A stretch of 64,000 bases of DNA from Escherichia coli (GCF_003334815.1 NZ_QOWO01000011.1), one strand, 5' to 3'. Shown: positions 20,009-30,334, counted from the stretch's first letter. Notes: generated from the letters alone by a model not told the origin. Made by a program: numbers and translations.

Positions 20009-20686
20009 ATGAAACAGTATTTGATTGCCCCCTCAATTCTGTCGGCTGATTTTGCCCGCCTGGGTGAAGATACCGCAAAAGCCCTGGCAGCTGGCGCTGA
20101 TGTCGTGCATTTTGACGTCATGGATAACCACTATGTTCCCAATCTGACGATTGGGCCAATGGTGCTGAAATCCTTGCGTAACTATGGCATTACCGCCCCT
20201 ATCGACGTACACCTGATGGTGAAACCCGTCGATCGCATTGTGCCTGATTTCGCTGCCGCTGGTGCCAGCATCATTACCTTTCATCCAGAAGCCTCCGAGC
20301 ATGTTGACCGCACGCTGCAACTGATTAAAGAAAATGGCTGTAAAGCGGGTCTGGTATTTAACCCGGCGACACCTCTGAGCTATCTGGATTACGTGATGGA
20401 TAAGCTGGATGTGATCCTGCTGATGTCCGTCAACCCTGGTTTCGGCGGTCAGTCTTTCATTCCTCAAACACTGGATAAACTGCGCGAAGTACGTCGCCGT
20501 ATCGACGAGTCTGGCTTTGACATTCGACTAGAAGTGGACGGTGGCGTGAAGGTGAACAACATTGGCGAAATCGCTGCGGCGGGCGCGGATATGTTCGTCG
20601 CCGGTTCGGCAATCTTCGACCAGCCAGACTACAAAAAAGTCATTGATGAAATGCGCAGTGAACTGGCAAAGGTAAGTCATGAATAA
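20009..20686 (+). CDS. rpe: Ribulose-phosphate 3-epimerase
   Basis: 225 aa starting [21 protein letters not shown], with [12 protein letters not shown], a typical RPE signature. Confidence 0.95.
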   Translation: MKQYLIAPSILSADFARLGEDTAKALAAGADVVHFDVMDNHYVPNLTIGPMVLKSLRNYGITAPIDVHLMVKPVDRIVPDFAAAGASIITFHPEASEHVDRTLQLIKENGCKAGLVFNPATPLSYLDYVMDKLDVILLMSVNPGFGGQSFIPQTLDKLREVRRRIDESGFDIRLEVDGGVKVNNIGEIAAAGADMFVAGSAIFDQPDYKKVIDEMRSELAKVSHE

Positions 20687-21437
20687 GTTTGAAGATATTC
20701 GCGGCGTCGCTTTTGATCTTGATGGTACGCTGGTCGACAGTGCTCCTGGTCTTGCTGCTGCGGTAGATATGGCGCTGTATGCGCTGGAGTTGCCCGTCGC
20801 AGGTGAAGAACGCGTTATTACCTGGATTGGTAACGGCGCAGATGTTCTGATGGAGCGCGCATTGACCTGGGCGCGTCAGGAACGTGCGACTCAGCGTAAA
20901 ACAATGGGTAAACCGCCCGTTGATGACGACATTCCGGCAGAAGAACAGGTACGTATTCTGCGTAAACTGTTCGATCGCTACTATGGCGAGGTTGCCGAAG
21001 AGGGGACGTTTTTGTTCCCGCACGTTGCCGATACGTTGGGCGCGTTGCAGGCTAAAGGCCTGCCGCTAGGCCTGGTCACCAACAAACCGACGCCGTTCGT
21101 CGCGCCGCTGCTCGAAGCCTTAGATATCGCCAAATACTTCAGCGTGGTGATTGGTGGTGATGATGTGCAAAACAAAAAACCGCATCCGGACCCGCTGTTA
21201 CTGGTGGCTGAGCGGATGGGAATTGCCCCACAACAGATGCTGTTTGTCGGCGACTCACGCAATGATATTCAGGCGGCAAAAGCGGCAGGTTGCCCATCAG
21301 TTGGCTTAACCTACGGATATAACTACGGCGAGGCTATCGATCTCAGCCAGCCTGATGTAATTTATCAGTCTATAAATGACCTTCTGCCCGCATTAGGGCT
21401 TCCGCATAGCGAAAATCAGGAATCGAAAAATGACTAA
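20679..21437 (+). CDS. gph: Phosphoglycolate phosphatase (HAD)
   Basis: 252 aa with HAD motif [12 protein letters not shown]. Overlaps rpe by 8 nt. Confidence 0.94.
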
Positions 21438-22434
21438 GCCCATCGTTTTTAGTGGCGCACAGCCCTCAGGTGAATTGACCATTGGTAACTACATGGGTGC
21501 GCTGCGTCAGTGGGTAAACATGCAGGATGACTACCATTGCATTTACTGTATCGTTGACCAACACGCGATCACCGTGCGCCAGGATGCACAGAAGCTGCGT
21601 AAAGCGACGCTGGATACGCTGGCCTTGTATCTGGCTTGTGGTATCGATCCTGAGAAAAGCACCATTTTTGTTCAGTCCCACGTGCCGGAACATGCACAGT
21701 TAGGCTGGGCACTGAACTGCTATACCTACTTCGGCGAACTGAGTCGCATGACGCAGTTTAAAGATAAATCTGCGCGTTATGCCGAGAACATCAACGCTGG
21801 TCTGTTTGACTATCCGGTGCTGATGGCAGCGGACATCCTGCTGTATCAAACTAATCTGGTACCGGTGGGTGAAGACCAGAAACAGCACCTCGAACTGAGC
21901 CGCGATATTGCCCAGCGTTTCAACGCGCTGTATGGCGAGATCTTTAAGGTGCCGGAGCCGTTTATTCCGAAATCTGGCGCGCGCGTAATGTCGCTGCTGG
22001 AGCCGACCAAGAAGATGTCCAAGTCTGACGATAATCGCAATAACGTTATCGGCCTGCTGGAAGATCCGAAATCGGTAGTGAAGAAAATCAAACGTGCGGT
22101 CACTGACTCCGACGAGCCGCCGGTAGTTCGCTACGATGTGCAGAACAAAGCGGGCGTTTCCAACCTGTTGGATATCCTTTCAGCGGTAACGGGCCAGAGC
22201 ATCCCAGAACTGGAAAAACAGTTCGAAGGCAAGATGTATGGTCATCTGAAAGGTGAAGTGGCTGATGCCGTTTCCGGTATGCTGACTGAATTGCAGGAAC
22301 GCTATCACCGTTTCCGCAACGATGAAGCCTTCCTGCAACAGGTGATGAAAGATGGCGCGGAAAAAGCCAGCGCGCACGCTTCCCGTACGCTAAAAGCGGT
22401 GTACGAAGCGATTGGTTTTGTGGCGAAGCCGTAA
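21430..22434 (+). CDS. trpS: Tryptophan--tRNA ligase
   Basis: 334 aa with a class I HIGH-like motif (TIGNYMG) and KMSKS (KKMSKSD). Overlaps gph by 8 nt. Confidence 0.96.
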   Translation: MTKPIVFSGAQPSGELTIGNYMGALRQWVNMQDDYHCIYCIVDQHAITVRQDAQKLRKATLDTLALYLACGIDPEKSTIFVQSHVPEHAQLGWALNCYTYFGELSRMTQFKDKSARYAENINAGLFDYPVLMAADILLYQTNLVPVGEDQKQHLELSRDIAQRFNALYGEIFKVPEPFIPKSGARVMSLLEPTKKMSKSDDNRNNVIGLLEDPKSVVKKIKRAVTDSDEPPVVRYDVQNKAGVSNLLDILSAVTGQSIPELEKQFEGKMYGHLKGEVADAVSGMLTELQERYHRFRNDEAFLQQVMKDGAEKASAHASRTLKAVYEAIGFVAKP

Positions 22435-22467
22435 TTCACTATTGCTGGCAAATTGCGCTTTGTTCAT

Positions 22468-22557
22468 GCCGGATGCGGCGTGAACGCCTTATCCGGCCTA
22501 CAAAGTAATGCACATATTGCAAGGAAATGTAGGCCTGATAAGCGTAGCGCATCAGGC
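22468..22557. repeat. BIME: two inverted REP units
   Basis: gccggatgcggcgtgaacgccttatccggcctac (22468-22501) faces gtaggcctgataagcgtagcgcatcaggc (22529-22557). Confidence 0.8.
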
Positions 22558-22582
22558 AATTTTGCTTTTATCATCACTCTGA

Positions 22583-22605
22583 AACCGGGGAAACCCGGTT
22601 TTTTT
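22583..22605 (+). terminator. Intrinsic terminator downstream of trpS
   Basis: aaccggg-gaaa-cccggtt followed by a T7 run. Confidence 0.8.
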
Positions 22606-22723
22606 ATCCTCATTTGCAATAATCCGAAAAAATGTGAAGTGCCTCGCCGTTTCCACATCTCGCTGTTGCGCCTTATCTTCAAATTCCTGAAGATATAAAT
22701 ATTCAATTTACTGAAAATTTATT

Positions 22724-23629
22724 ATGCGTCGAACGTTTATCAAAAAAGAAGGCGTCGTCATCACGACGCTGGCCCGTTATTTGTTGGGTGAAAAGTGCGG
22801 TAATCGATTGAAAACCATAGATGAGCTGGCAAATGAATGCCGTTCATCCGTTGGCCTGACGCAGGCCGCGTTGAAAACGCTGGAATCAAGCGGAGCGATA
22901 CGGATTGAACGCCGTGGGCGCAATGGCAGTTATCTGGTCGAGATGGATAACAAAGCATTGCTGACTCATGTGGATATCAACAACGTGGTATGTGCAATGC
23001 CCTTGCCCTATACCCGTTTGTACGAAGGCCTGGCGAGCGGATTGAAAGCCCAGTTTGATGGCATTCCTTTTTACTATGCGCACATGCGTGGCGCGGATAT
23101 TCGCGTGGAGTGTCTGCTTAATGGCGTGTATGACATGGCGGTGGTTTCGCGACTAGCGGCGGAAAGTTATCTCACGCAAAAAGGCTTATGCCTCGCGCTG
23201 GAGTTGGGGCCGCACACCTACGTTGGCGAGCACCAGTTGATTTGCCGTAAAGGCGAGTCCGCAAACGTGAAGCGCGTGGGGCTGGATAACCGTTCGGCGG
23301 ATCAGAAAATCATGACCGATGTTTTTTTTGGCGGTAGTGATGTGGAACGAGTCGATCTCTCTTATCACGAGAGTTTACAACGCATTGTTAAAGGCGATGT
23401 CGATGCGGTGATCTGGAACGTGGTGGCGGAAAACGAACTGACCATGCTGGGATTAGAGGCGACGCCGCTCACAGACGATCCGCGATTTTTACAGGCCACC
23501 GAAGCCGTGGTCCTGACGCGAGTCGATGATTACCCAATGCAACAACTGCTGCGTGCCGTTGTAGATAAACACGCCCTGCTCGCCCATCAACAACGGGTAG
23601 TGAGTGGGGAACAGGAACCGAGTTATTAA
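22724..23629 (+). CDS. yhfZ: Putative transcriptional regulator: N-terminal winged-HTH plus a ligand-binding-like C-terminal domain
   Basis: 301-aa ORF. The N-terminus (LARYLLGEKCGNRLKTIDELANECRSSVGLTQAALKTLESSGAIRIERRGRNGSYLV) looks like a wHTH. Recognised as YhfZ. Confidence 0.85.
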   Translation: MRRTFIKKEGVVITTLARYLLGEKCGNRLKTIDELANECRSSVGLTQAALKTLESSGAIRIERRGRNGSYLVEMDNKALLTHVDINNVVCAMPLPYTRLYEGLASGLKAQFDGIPFYYAHMRGADIRVECLLNGVYDMAVVSRLAAESYLTQKGLCLALELGPHTYVGEHQLICRKGESANVKRVGLDNRSADQKIMTDVFFGGSDVERVDLSYHESLQRIVKGDVDAVIWNVVAENELTMLGLEATPLTDDPRFLQATEAVVLTRVDDYPMQQLLRAVVDKHALLAHQQRVVSGEQEPSY

Positions 23630-23645
23630 ACGAAAGGCATCTGAT

Positions 23646-24008
23646 ATGGAAACCAGACTCAACCTGCTTTGCGAGGCAGGCGTTATTGATAAGGACATCT
23701 GCAAAGGCATGATGCAGGTCGTCAACGTACTGGAAACAGAGTGCCATCTGCCGGTGCGCAGTGAGCAAGGAACGATGGCGATGACACATATGGCGAGTGC
23801 ACTGATGCGCAGTCGCCGTGGTGAAGAAATAGAGCCGCTGGATAACGAGTTGCTGGCAGAACTGGCGCAATCCAGCCACTGGCAAGCCGTTGTGCAATTG
23901 CATCAGGTGTTGTTGAAGGAATTCGCACTGGAAGTTAACCCGTGTGAAGAAGGCTATTTGCTGGCCAACCTTTATGGATTATGGATGGCTGCTAACGAAG
24001 AGGTTTGA
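23646..24008 (+). CDS. yhfY: Stand-alone PRD-domain-like protein
   Basis: 120 aa from METRLNLLCEAG. All-helical composition with a conserved His context (MAMTHMASAL). The 14-codon upstream extension was rejected. Confidence 0.8.
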   Translation: METRLNLLCEAGVIDKDICKGMMQVVNVLETECHLPVRSEQGTMAMTHMASALMRSRRGEEIEPLDNELLAELAQSSHWQAVVQLHQVLLKEFALEVNPCEEGYLLANLYGLWMAANEEV

Positions 24009-24091
24009 AGCTCCCGACAAATCCACGTCGCACAACCTAAATATTCAAAAAAATGAATATTTAATTCAAGGAACAGAAACGAGGCAACAAG

Positions 24092-25255
24092 ATGTTTGTA
24101 GAAGCATTGAAACGCCAGAACCCGGCGCTGATTTCCGCCGCACTAAGCCTGTGGCAGCAGGGCAAGATCGCCCCGGACAGCTGGGTGATCGACGTGGATC
24201 AGATACTGGAAAACGGTAAGCGGCTGATTGAGACGGCGCGGCTTTACGGCATTGAACTGTATCTGATGACCAAGCAGTTTGGTCGTAATCCGTGGCTGGC
24301 GGAAAAATTGCTGGCATTAGGCTACAGCGGCATTGTGGCGGTGGATTACAAAGAGGCGCGAGTCATGCGCCGCGCTGGTTTGCCTGTGGCGCATCAGGGG
24401 CATCTGGTACAAATCCCTTGTCATCAGGTTGCTGACGCCGTTGAACAGGGCACCGACGTCATCACCGTGTTTACTCTCGACAAAGCGCGGGAAGTTTCTG
24501 CGGCGGCGGTGAAGGCCGGGCGAATCCAGTCTGTGCTGCTTAAAGTTTATAGCGACGATGATTTTCTTTATCCGGGCCAGGAGAGCGGTTTTGCCCTCAA
24601 GGTGTTGCCGGAGATTGTCGCCGAAATCCAGAATCTGCCAGGGCTGCATTTAGCCGGACTTACCCATTTCCCTTGCCTGCTTTGGGATGAGGCTGTCGGA
24701 AAAGTTTTGCCGACACCGAATCTTCACACGCTGATACAGGCACGGGATCAACTGGCGAAATCTGGTATTGCACTTGAGCAACTGAACGCGCCTTCAGCGA
24801 CCAGCTGCACTTCGCTGCCATTACTGGCGCAATACGGTGTGACTCATGCCGAACCCGGTCATGCGCTGACGGGCACTATTCCGGCAAACCAGCAGGGCGA
24901 TCAGCCTGAACGTATCGCGATGCTCTGGTTAAGTGAAATCTCCCATCATTTCCGTGGCGACAGCTACTGCTACGGCGGCGGTTACTATCGTCGTGGTCAT
25001 GCGCAACATGCGTTGGTGTTTACGCCAGAAAATCAAAAGATTACTGAAACCAATCTCAAAACTGTGGATGACAGCAGTATCGACTACACCCTGCCGCTGG
25101 CAGGCGAGTTTCCGGTAAGCAGTGCAGTGGTGCTCTGTTTTCGCACGCAGATTTTTGTCACCCGTAGCGATGTGGTGCTGGTGTCCGGTATTCATCGTGG
25201 CGAACCGGAAATCGTCGGTCGTTATGACAGTCTTGGAAACTCTCTGGGGGCGTAA
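24092..25255 (+). CDS. yhfX: Alanine-racemase-N-like (fold-type III PLP) protein, function unknown
   Basis: 387-aa ORF recognised as YhfX. The stop overlaps the yhfW start (TAATG). Confidence 0.85.
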   Translation: MFVEALKRQNPALISAALSLWQQGKIAPDSWVIDVDQILENGKRLIETARLYGIELYLMTKQFGRNPWLAEKLLALGYSGIVAVDYKEARVMRRAGLPVAHQGHLVQIPCHQVADAVEQGTDVITVFTLDKAREVSAAAVKAGRIQSVLLKVYSDDDFLYPGQESGFALKVLPEIVAEIQNLPGLHLAGLTHFPCLLWDEAVGKVLPTPNLHTLIQARDQLAKSGIALEQLNAPSATSCTSLPLLAQYGVTHAEPGHALTGTIPANQQGDQPERIAMLWLSEISHHFRGDSYCYGGGYYRRGHAQHALVFTPENQKITETNLKTVDDSSIDYTLPLAGEFPVSSAVVLCFRTQIFVTRSDVVLVSGIHRGEPEIVGRYDSLGNSLGA

Positions 25256-26481
25256 TGGCGCGATTTGTGGTGTTAGTGATTGATAGCTTTGGCGTAGGGG
25301 CAATGAAAGATGTCACGCTGGTGCGTCCGCAAGATGCGGGAGCGAATACATGTGGTCACATCCTGAGCCAGTTGCCGCATTTGCAGCTACCAACGCTGGA
25401 GAAGCTGGGGCTAATCAACGCATTGGGTTATGCGCCAGGCGATATGCAGCCGTCAGATTCCGCAACCTGGGGCGTGGCAGAGCTGCAACATGAAGGTGGC
25501 GATACCTTTATGGGGCATCAGGAAATTTTAGGCACGCGCCCGTTACCGCCGCTGCGGATGCCTTTTCGCGATGTGATTGACCGTGTTGAGCAGGCATTAG
25601 TTTCCGCTGGCTGGCAGGTGGAGCGCCGTGGCGATGATCTGCAATTTCTGTGGGTCAATCAGGCGGTTGCGATTGGCGATAATCTCGAGGCGGATTTAGG
25701 CCAGGTCTATAACATTACCGCCAATCTCTCTGTGATCTCTTTTGACGACGCAATCAAAATTGGTCGTATCGTGCGTGAGCAGGTACAGGTCGGTCGGGTC
25801 ATTACATTTGGTGGCCTGTTAACCGACAGTCAACGCATTCTCGATGCCGCAGAAAGCAAAGAAGGGCGCTTTATTGGTATCAATGCGCCGCGTTCTGGCG
25901 CTTATGACAACGGTTTCCAGGTCGTGCATATGGGCTATGGCGTCGATGAAAAAGTGCAGGTGCCACAAAAACTGTATGAAGCAGGCGTGCCAACCGTGCT
26001 GGTGGGTAAGGTGGCAGATATCGTCAACAATCCTTATGGCGTGAGCTGGCAAAATCTGGTGGATAGCCAGCGGATTATGGATATCACCCTCAACGAATTT
26101 AACACCCATCCGACGGCGTTTATTTGCACCAACATTCAGGAAACCGACCTCGCTGGTCATGCAGAAGACGTCGCACGTTATGCCGAACGTTTGCAGGTCG
26201 TTGACCGTAACCTTGCCCGGCTTGTTGAGGCGATGCAGCCAGATGATTGCCTGGTCGTGATGGCGGATCACGGCAACGATCCGACCATTGGTCACAGCCA
26301 CCATACCCGCGAAGTGGTGCCAGTGCTGGTTTATCAGCAAGGGATGATCGCTACGCAGCTCGGTGTGCGCACCACGCTTTCTGATGTGGGGGCTACCGTG
26401 TGTGAATTTTTCCGCGCGCCACCGCCACAAAATGGTCGCTCTTTTCTTTCCTCCCTCCGGTTTGCAGGAGACACCCTATGA
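25255..26481 (+). CDS. yhfW: Phosphopentomutase-like metalloenzyme (alkaline-phosphatase superfamily)
   Basis: 408 aa with N-terminal [12 protein letters not shown] and C-terminal MADHGNDPT motifs like DeoB. Confidence 0.87.
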   Translation: MARFVVLVIDSFGVGAMKDVTLVRPQDAGANTCGHILSQLPHLQLPTLEKLGLINALGYAPGDMQPSDSATWGVAELQHEGGDTFMGHQEILGTRPLPPLRMPFRDVIDRVEQALVSAGWQVERRGDDLQFLWVNQAVAIGDNLEADLGQVYNITANLSVISFDDAIKIGRIVREQVQVGRVITFGGLLTDSQRILDAAESKEGRFIGINAPRSGAYDNGFQVVHMGYGVDEKVQVPQKLYEAGVPTVLVGKVADIVNNPYGVSWQNLVDSQRIMDITLNEFNTHPTAFICTNIQETDLAGHAEDVARYAERLQVVDRNLARLVEAMQPDDCLVVMADHGNDPTIGHSHHTREVVPVLVYQQGMIATQLGVRTTLSDVGATVCEFFRAPPPQNGRSFLSSLRFAGDTL

Positions 26482-27356
26482 GTTTTGATCCGACGGGTTA
26501 CACCCTCGCCCATGAGCATCTGCATATTGATCTCTCCGGCTTTAAAAACAACGTGGACTGCCGCCTTGATCAGTATGCGTTCATTTGCAAGGAGATGAAC
26601 GACCTGATGACCCGGGGCGTGCGTAATGTGATTGAGATGACCAACCGTTACATGGGGCGCAATGCGCAATTTATGCTTGATGTAATGCGCGAGACGGGGA
26701 TCAACGTGGTGGCCTGTACCGGTTATTACCAGGACGCGTTTTTCCCGGAACATGTGGCGACCCGCAGCGTGCAGGAACTGGCGCAGGAGATGGTCGATGA
26801 AATTGAACAGGGTATCGATGGCACGGAGCTGAAAGCCGGGATCATCGCGGAGATCGGCACCAGCGAAGGAAAGATTACGCCGCTGGAAGAGAAGGTATTT
26901 ATTGCCGCTGCGCTGGCGCATAACCAGACCGGACGCCCGATCTCCACGCATACGTCGTTCAGCACGATGGGGCTGGAGCAACTGGCGTTGCTACAAGCCC
27001 ACGGGGTTGATCTTTCGCGCGTCACCGTTGGTCACTGCGATCTGAAAGACAACCTCGACAACATTTTGAAGATGATCGATCTCGGCGCGTACGTGCAGTT
27101 CGACACCATCGGCAAGAACAGTTACTACCCGGACGAAAAGCGTATTGCGATGCTTCATGCGCTACGCGACCGTGGGTTGCTGAACCGCGTCATGCTGTCG
27201 ATGGATATTACGCGCCGCTCCCATTTAAAAGCCAACGGTGGTTATGGCTATGACTATTTACTAACCACCTTTATTCCGCAATTGCGCCAGTCAGGATTCA
27301 GTCAGGCCGATGTGGATGTGATGTTACGTGAAAATCCCTCTCAATTTTTCCAATAA
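26478..27356 (+). CDS. php: Phosphotriesterase homology protein (amidohydrolase superfamily)
   Basis: 292 aa with N-terminal HxH metal ligands ([12 protein letters not shown]). 4-nt ATGA overlap with yhfW. Confidence 0.92.
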   Translation: MSFDPTGYTLAHEHLHIDLSGFKNNVDCRLDQYAFICKEMNDLMTRGVRNVIEMTNRYMGRNAQFMLDVMRETGINVVACTGYYQDAFFPEHVATRSVQELAQEMVDEIEQGIDGTELKAGIIAEIGTSEGKITPLEEKVFIAAALAHNQTGRPISTHTSFSTMGLEQLALLQAHGVDLSRVTVGHCDLKDNLDNILKMIDLGAYVQFDTIGKNSYYPDEKRIAMLHALRDRGLLNRVMLSMDITRRSHLKANGGYGYDYLLTTFIPQLRQSGFSQADVDVMLRENPSQFFQ

Positions 27357-27366
27357 GGACAGACTC

Positions 27367-27720
27367 ATGAAAAAGATTGGCGTTGCAGGCTTACAGCGTG
27401 AGCAGATTAAAAAAACTATTGAAGCGACGGCTCCTGGCTGTTTTGAAGTTTTCATTCACAACGACATGGAAGCGGCAATGAAGGTGAAATCCGGGCAACT
27501 GGATTATTACATCGGCGCGTGTAATACCGGTGCGGGCGCGGCATTGTCGATTGCCATCGCGGTGATAGGCTATAACAAAAGTTGCACCATTGCCAAACCA
27601 GGCATTAAAGCGAAAGACGAGCATATCGCCAAAATGATCGCTGAAGGAAAAGTGGCGTTTGGCCTTTCCGTTGAGCACGTCGAACACGCGATTCCGATGC
27701 TGATTAACCATCTGAAATAA
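27367..27720 (+). CDS. yhfU: Small soluble protein of unknown function
   Basis: 117 aa from MKKIGVAGLQREQ. The 13-codon upstream extension overlapping php was rejected. Confidence 0.8.
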   Translation: MKKIGVAGLQREQIKKTIEATAPGCFEVFIHNDMEAAMKVKSGQLDYYIGACNTGAGAALSIAIAVIGYNKSCTIAKPGIKAKDEHIAKMIAEGKVAFGLSVEHVEHAIPMLINHLK

Positions 27721-27731
27721 AAGGCACGACT

Positions 27732-29036
27732 ATGGATCTGTATATTCAGATTATCGTGGTGGCGTGCCTGACGGGTATGACATCGCTTCTGGCGCATCGC
27801 TCGGCGGCTGTTTTTCATGACGGCATCCGCCCGATCCTGCCGCAACTGATTGAAGGCTATATGAACCGTCGCGAGGCGGGGAGTATCGCTTTTGGTCTGA
27901 GCATTGGTTTTGTGGCCTCGGTGGGGATCTCTTTTACCCTGAAAACCGGGCTGCTCAACGCATGGTTACTCTTTCTTCCTACCGATATCCTCGGCGTCCT
28001 GGCGATAAACAGCCTGATGGCGTTTGGTCTTGGCGCTATCTGGGGCGTGTTGATCCTTACTTGCCTGTTGCCAGTAAACCAGCTGCTGACCGCGCTGCCG
28101 GTGGATGTATTAGGTAGCCTGGGGGAATTAAGCTCGCCGGTGGTTTCAGCTTTTGCACTGTTCCCGCTGGTGGCGATTTTCTACCAGTTTGGCTGGAAGC
28201 AAAGTCTGATCGCCGCCGTGGTGGTACTGATGACCCGTGTGGTAGTCGTGCGCTATTTCCCACATCTTAACCCTGAATCCATCGAAATCTTTATTGGCAT
28301 GGTGATGCTGCTGGGGATCGCGATAACTCACGACCTGCGTCATCGTGATGAAAATGACATTGATGCCAGCGGGCTTTCGGTGTTTGAAGAACGCACGTCA
28401 CGGATTATCAAAAACTTACCCTATATCGCCATCGTGGGAGCATTGATTGCCGCCGTTGCCAGCATGAAGATTTTTGCTGGCAGTGAAGTGTCGATCTTCA
28501 CACTGGAGAAAGCATATTCCGCAGGCGTAACGCCGGAACAATCGCAAACGCTGATTAATCAGGCGGCTCTGGCAGAATTTATGCGCGGACTGGGGGTTGT
28601 GCCGTTGATTGCCACCACCGCGTTAGCAACGGGTGTGTATGCAGTTGCGGGCTTTACCTTTGTTTATGCGGTGGGCTATCTCTCGCCGAATCCGATGGTT
28701 GCAGCGGTATTAGGCGCAGTGGTTATTTCGGCGGAAGTCTTGCTGCTTCGTTCGATCGGCAAATGGCTGGGACGCTACCCGTCGGTGCGTAATGCGTCGG
28801 ATAACATCCGTAACGCCATGAATATGCTGATGGAAGTGGCGCTGCTGGTCGGTTCGATTTTCGCAGCAATTAAGATGGCGGGTTATACCGGATTCTCTAT
28901 CGCGGTTGCCATTTACTTCCTCAACGAATCCCTGGGCCGTCCGGTACAGAAAATGGCGGCACCGGTCGTGGCAGTAATGATCACCGGTATTCTGCTGAAT
29001 GTTCTTTACTGGCTTGGCCTGTTCGTTCCGGCTTAA
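27732..29036 (+). CDS. yhfT: Polytopic membrane protein, putative transporter
   Basis: 434 aa, hydrophobic throughout (about 10-12 predicted helices by eye). Confidence 0.85.
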   Translation: MDLYIQIIVVACLTGMTSLLAHRSAAVFHDGIRPILPQLIEGYMNRREAGSIAFGLSIGFVASVGISFTLKTGLLNAWLLFLPTDILGVLAINSLMAFGLGAIWGVLILTCLLPVNQLLTALPVDVLGSLGELSSPVVSAFALFPLVAIFYQFGWKQSLIAAVVVLMTRVVVVRYFPHLNPESIEIFIGMVMLLGIAITHDLRHRDENDIDASGLSVFEERTSRIIKNLPYIAIVGALIAAVASMKIFAGSEVSIFTLEKAYSAGVTPEQSQTLINQAALAEFMRGLGVVPLIATTALATGVYAVAGFTFVYAVGYLSPNPMVAAVLGAVVISAEVLLLRSIGKWLGRYPSVRNASDNIRNAMNMLMEVALLVGSIFAAIKMAGYTGFSIAVAIYFLNESLGRPVQKMAAPVVAVMITGILLNVLYWLGLFVPA

Positions 29037-29047
29037 GGAAGGCACCT

Positions 29048-30183
29048 ATGAAGACGTTTCCTCTGCAAAGCCTGACGATTATTGAGGCGCAGCAAAAGCA
29101 GTTTGCGCTGGTGGATAGCATTTGTCGCCATTTCCCCGGCAGCGAGTTTCTTACTGGCGGTGATTTAGGCTTAACGCCAGGACTGAATCAACCGCGCGTT
29201 ACCCAGCGTGTGGAACAGGTGCTGGCTGATGCATTTCACGCACAGGCTGCGGCGCTGGTGCAGGGCGCGGGGACTGGCGCGATTCGCGCCGGGCTGGCGG
29301 CTTTGCTCAAACCGGGGCAGCGTCTTCTGGTGCATGACGCGCCTGTTTACCCGACGACACGGGTTATTATTGAGCAGATGGGGCTGACGCGCCTGTTTAC
29401 CCGACGACACGGGTTATTATTGAGCAGATGGGGCTGACGCTTATTACTGTTGATTTCAATGACCTGTCGGCACTGAAGCAGGTCGTCGACGAGCAACAAC
29501 CGGATGCGGCGCTGGTGCAGCATACGCGCCAGCAGCCGCAGGACAGCTACGTGCTGGCAGATGTGCTGGCAACGTTGCGCGCGGCAGGTGTTCCAGCGTT
29601 AACCGATGACAACTATGCGGTGATGAAGGTGGCTCGAATCGGCTGTGAATGCGGCGCGAATGTCTCGACATTTTCCTGCTTCAAGCTATTTGGGCCAGAG
29701 GGTGTTGGTGCAGTGGTCGGCGATGCTGATGTTATCAACCGTATTCGCGCCACGCTTTACTCCGGCGGTAGCCAGATCCAGGGCGCACAGGCGCTGGAAG
29801 TATTGCGTGGTCTGGTGTTTGCGCCAGTGATGCACGCGGTGCAGGCAGGGGTATCTGAACGGTTGCTGGCTTTGCTTAACGGTGGTGCGGTGCCGGAAGT
29901 GAAAAGCGCGGTGATTGCTAATGCGCAGTCGAAGGTGTTGATTGTCGAGTTTCATCAGCCGATTGCCGCCAGAGTGCTGGAAGAGGCGCAAAAGCGCGGT
30001 GCCTTGCCTTACCCGGTGGGTGCAGAGTCGAAATATGAAATCCCGCCGCTCTTTTATCGCCTTTCCGGAACGTTTCGCCAGGCGAATCCACAATCAGAAC
30101 ATTGTGCGATTCGCATTAACCCGAATCGCAGCGGTGAAGAGACGGTGCTGCGGATTTTGCGTGAGAGTATTGCCAGTATTTAA
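29048..30183 (+). pseudogene. yhfS: PLP-dependent-transferase-like gene disrupted by a 50-bp tandem duplication (split into 129-aa and 251-aa ORFs)
   Basis: ORFs 29048-29437 and 29428-30183 are in different frames. Removing one 50-bp copy restores a single 1086-nt ORF. The downstream part carries an SxxK-type PLP-lysine context (FSCFKLFG). Confidence 0.85.
29341..29440. repeat. Perfect 2 x 50-bp direct tandem duplication
   Basis: 29341-29390 and 29391-29440 are the same 50-mer (gcctgtttacccgacgacacgggttattattgagcagatggggctgacgc). The 6 nt before copy 1 (tgacgc) match the end of the unit. Confidence 0.98.
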
Positions 30184-30210
30184 TGCTGGATAGCACCGTC
30201 AAGCTAAATT

Positions 30211-30270
30211 CCGTACTGAACGGTCCCCTCGCCCCTTTGGGGAGAGGGTTAGGGTGAGGGGAACGTACGG
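30211..30270. repeat. GC-rich nested-palindrome intergenic repeat (resembles the Box C family; recollection only)
   Basis: Outer arms are ccgtac (30211-30216) and gtacgg (30265-30270). Inner arms are tcccctc (30224-30230) and gagggga (30256-30262). The core is cgcccctttggggagagggttagggt. Confidence 0.4.
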
Positions 30271-30296
30271 GATGTAAAATTCAACGCGCCAGCATC

Positions 30297-30332
30297 GCCG
30301 GATGCGATGCTGGCGCATCTTATCCGGCCTAC
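30297..30332. repeat. REP element
   Basis: cgccggatgcgatgctggcgcatcttatccggcctac, a canonical REP stem and tail abutting the frlR stop. Confidence 0.75.
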
Positions 30333-30334
30333 GG

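Noticed and set aside
22453-22706. 81-aa and 80-aa ORFs across the trpS-yhfZ intergenic region
   Set aside because: They are built from REP/BIME palindromes and a terminator. Their mutual antisense arrangement is typical of repeat DNA, not of genes.
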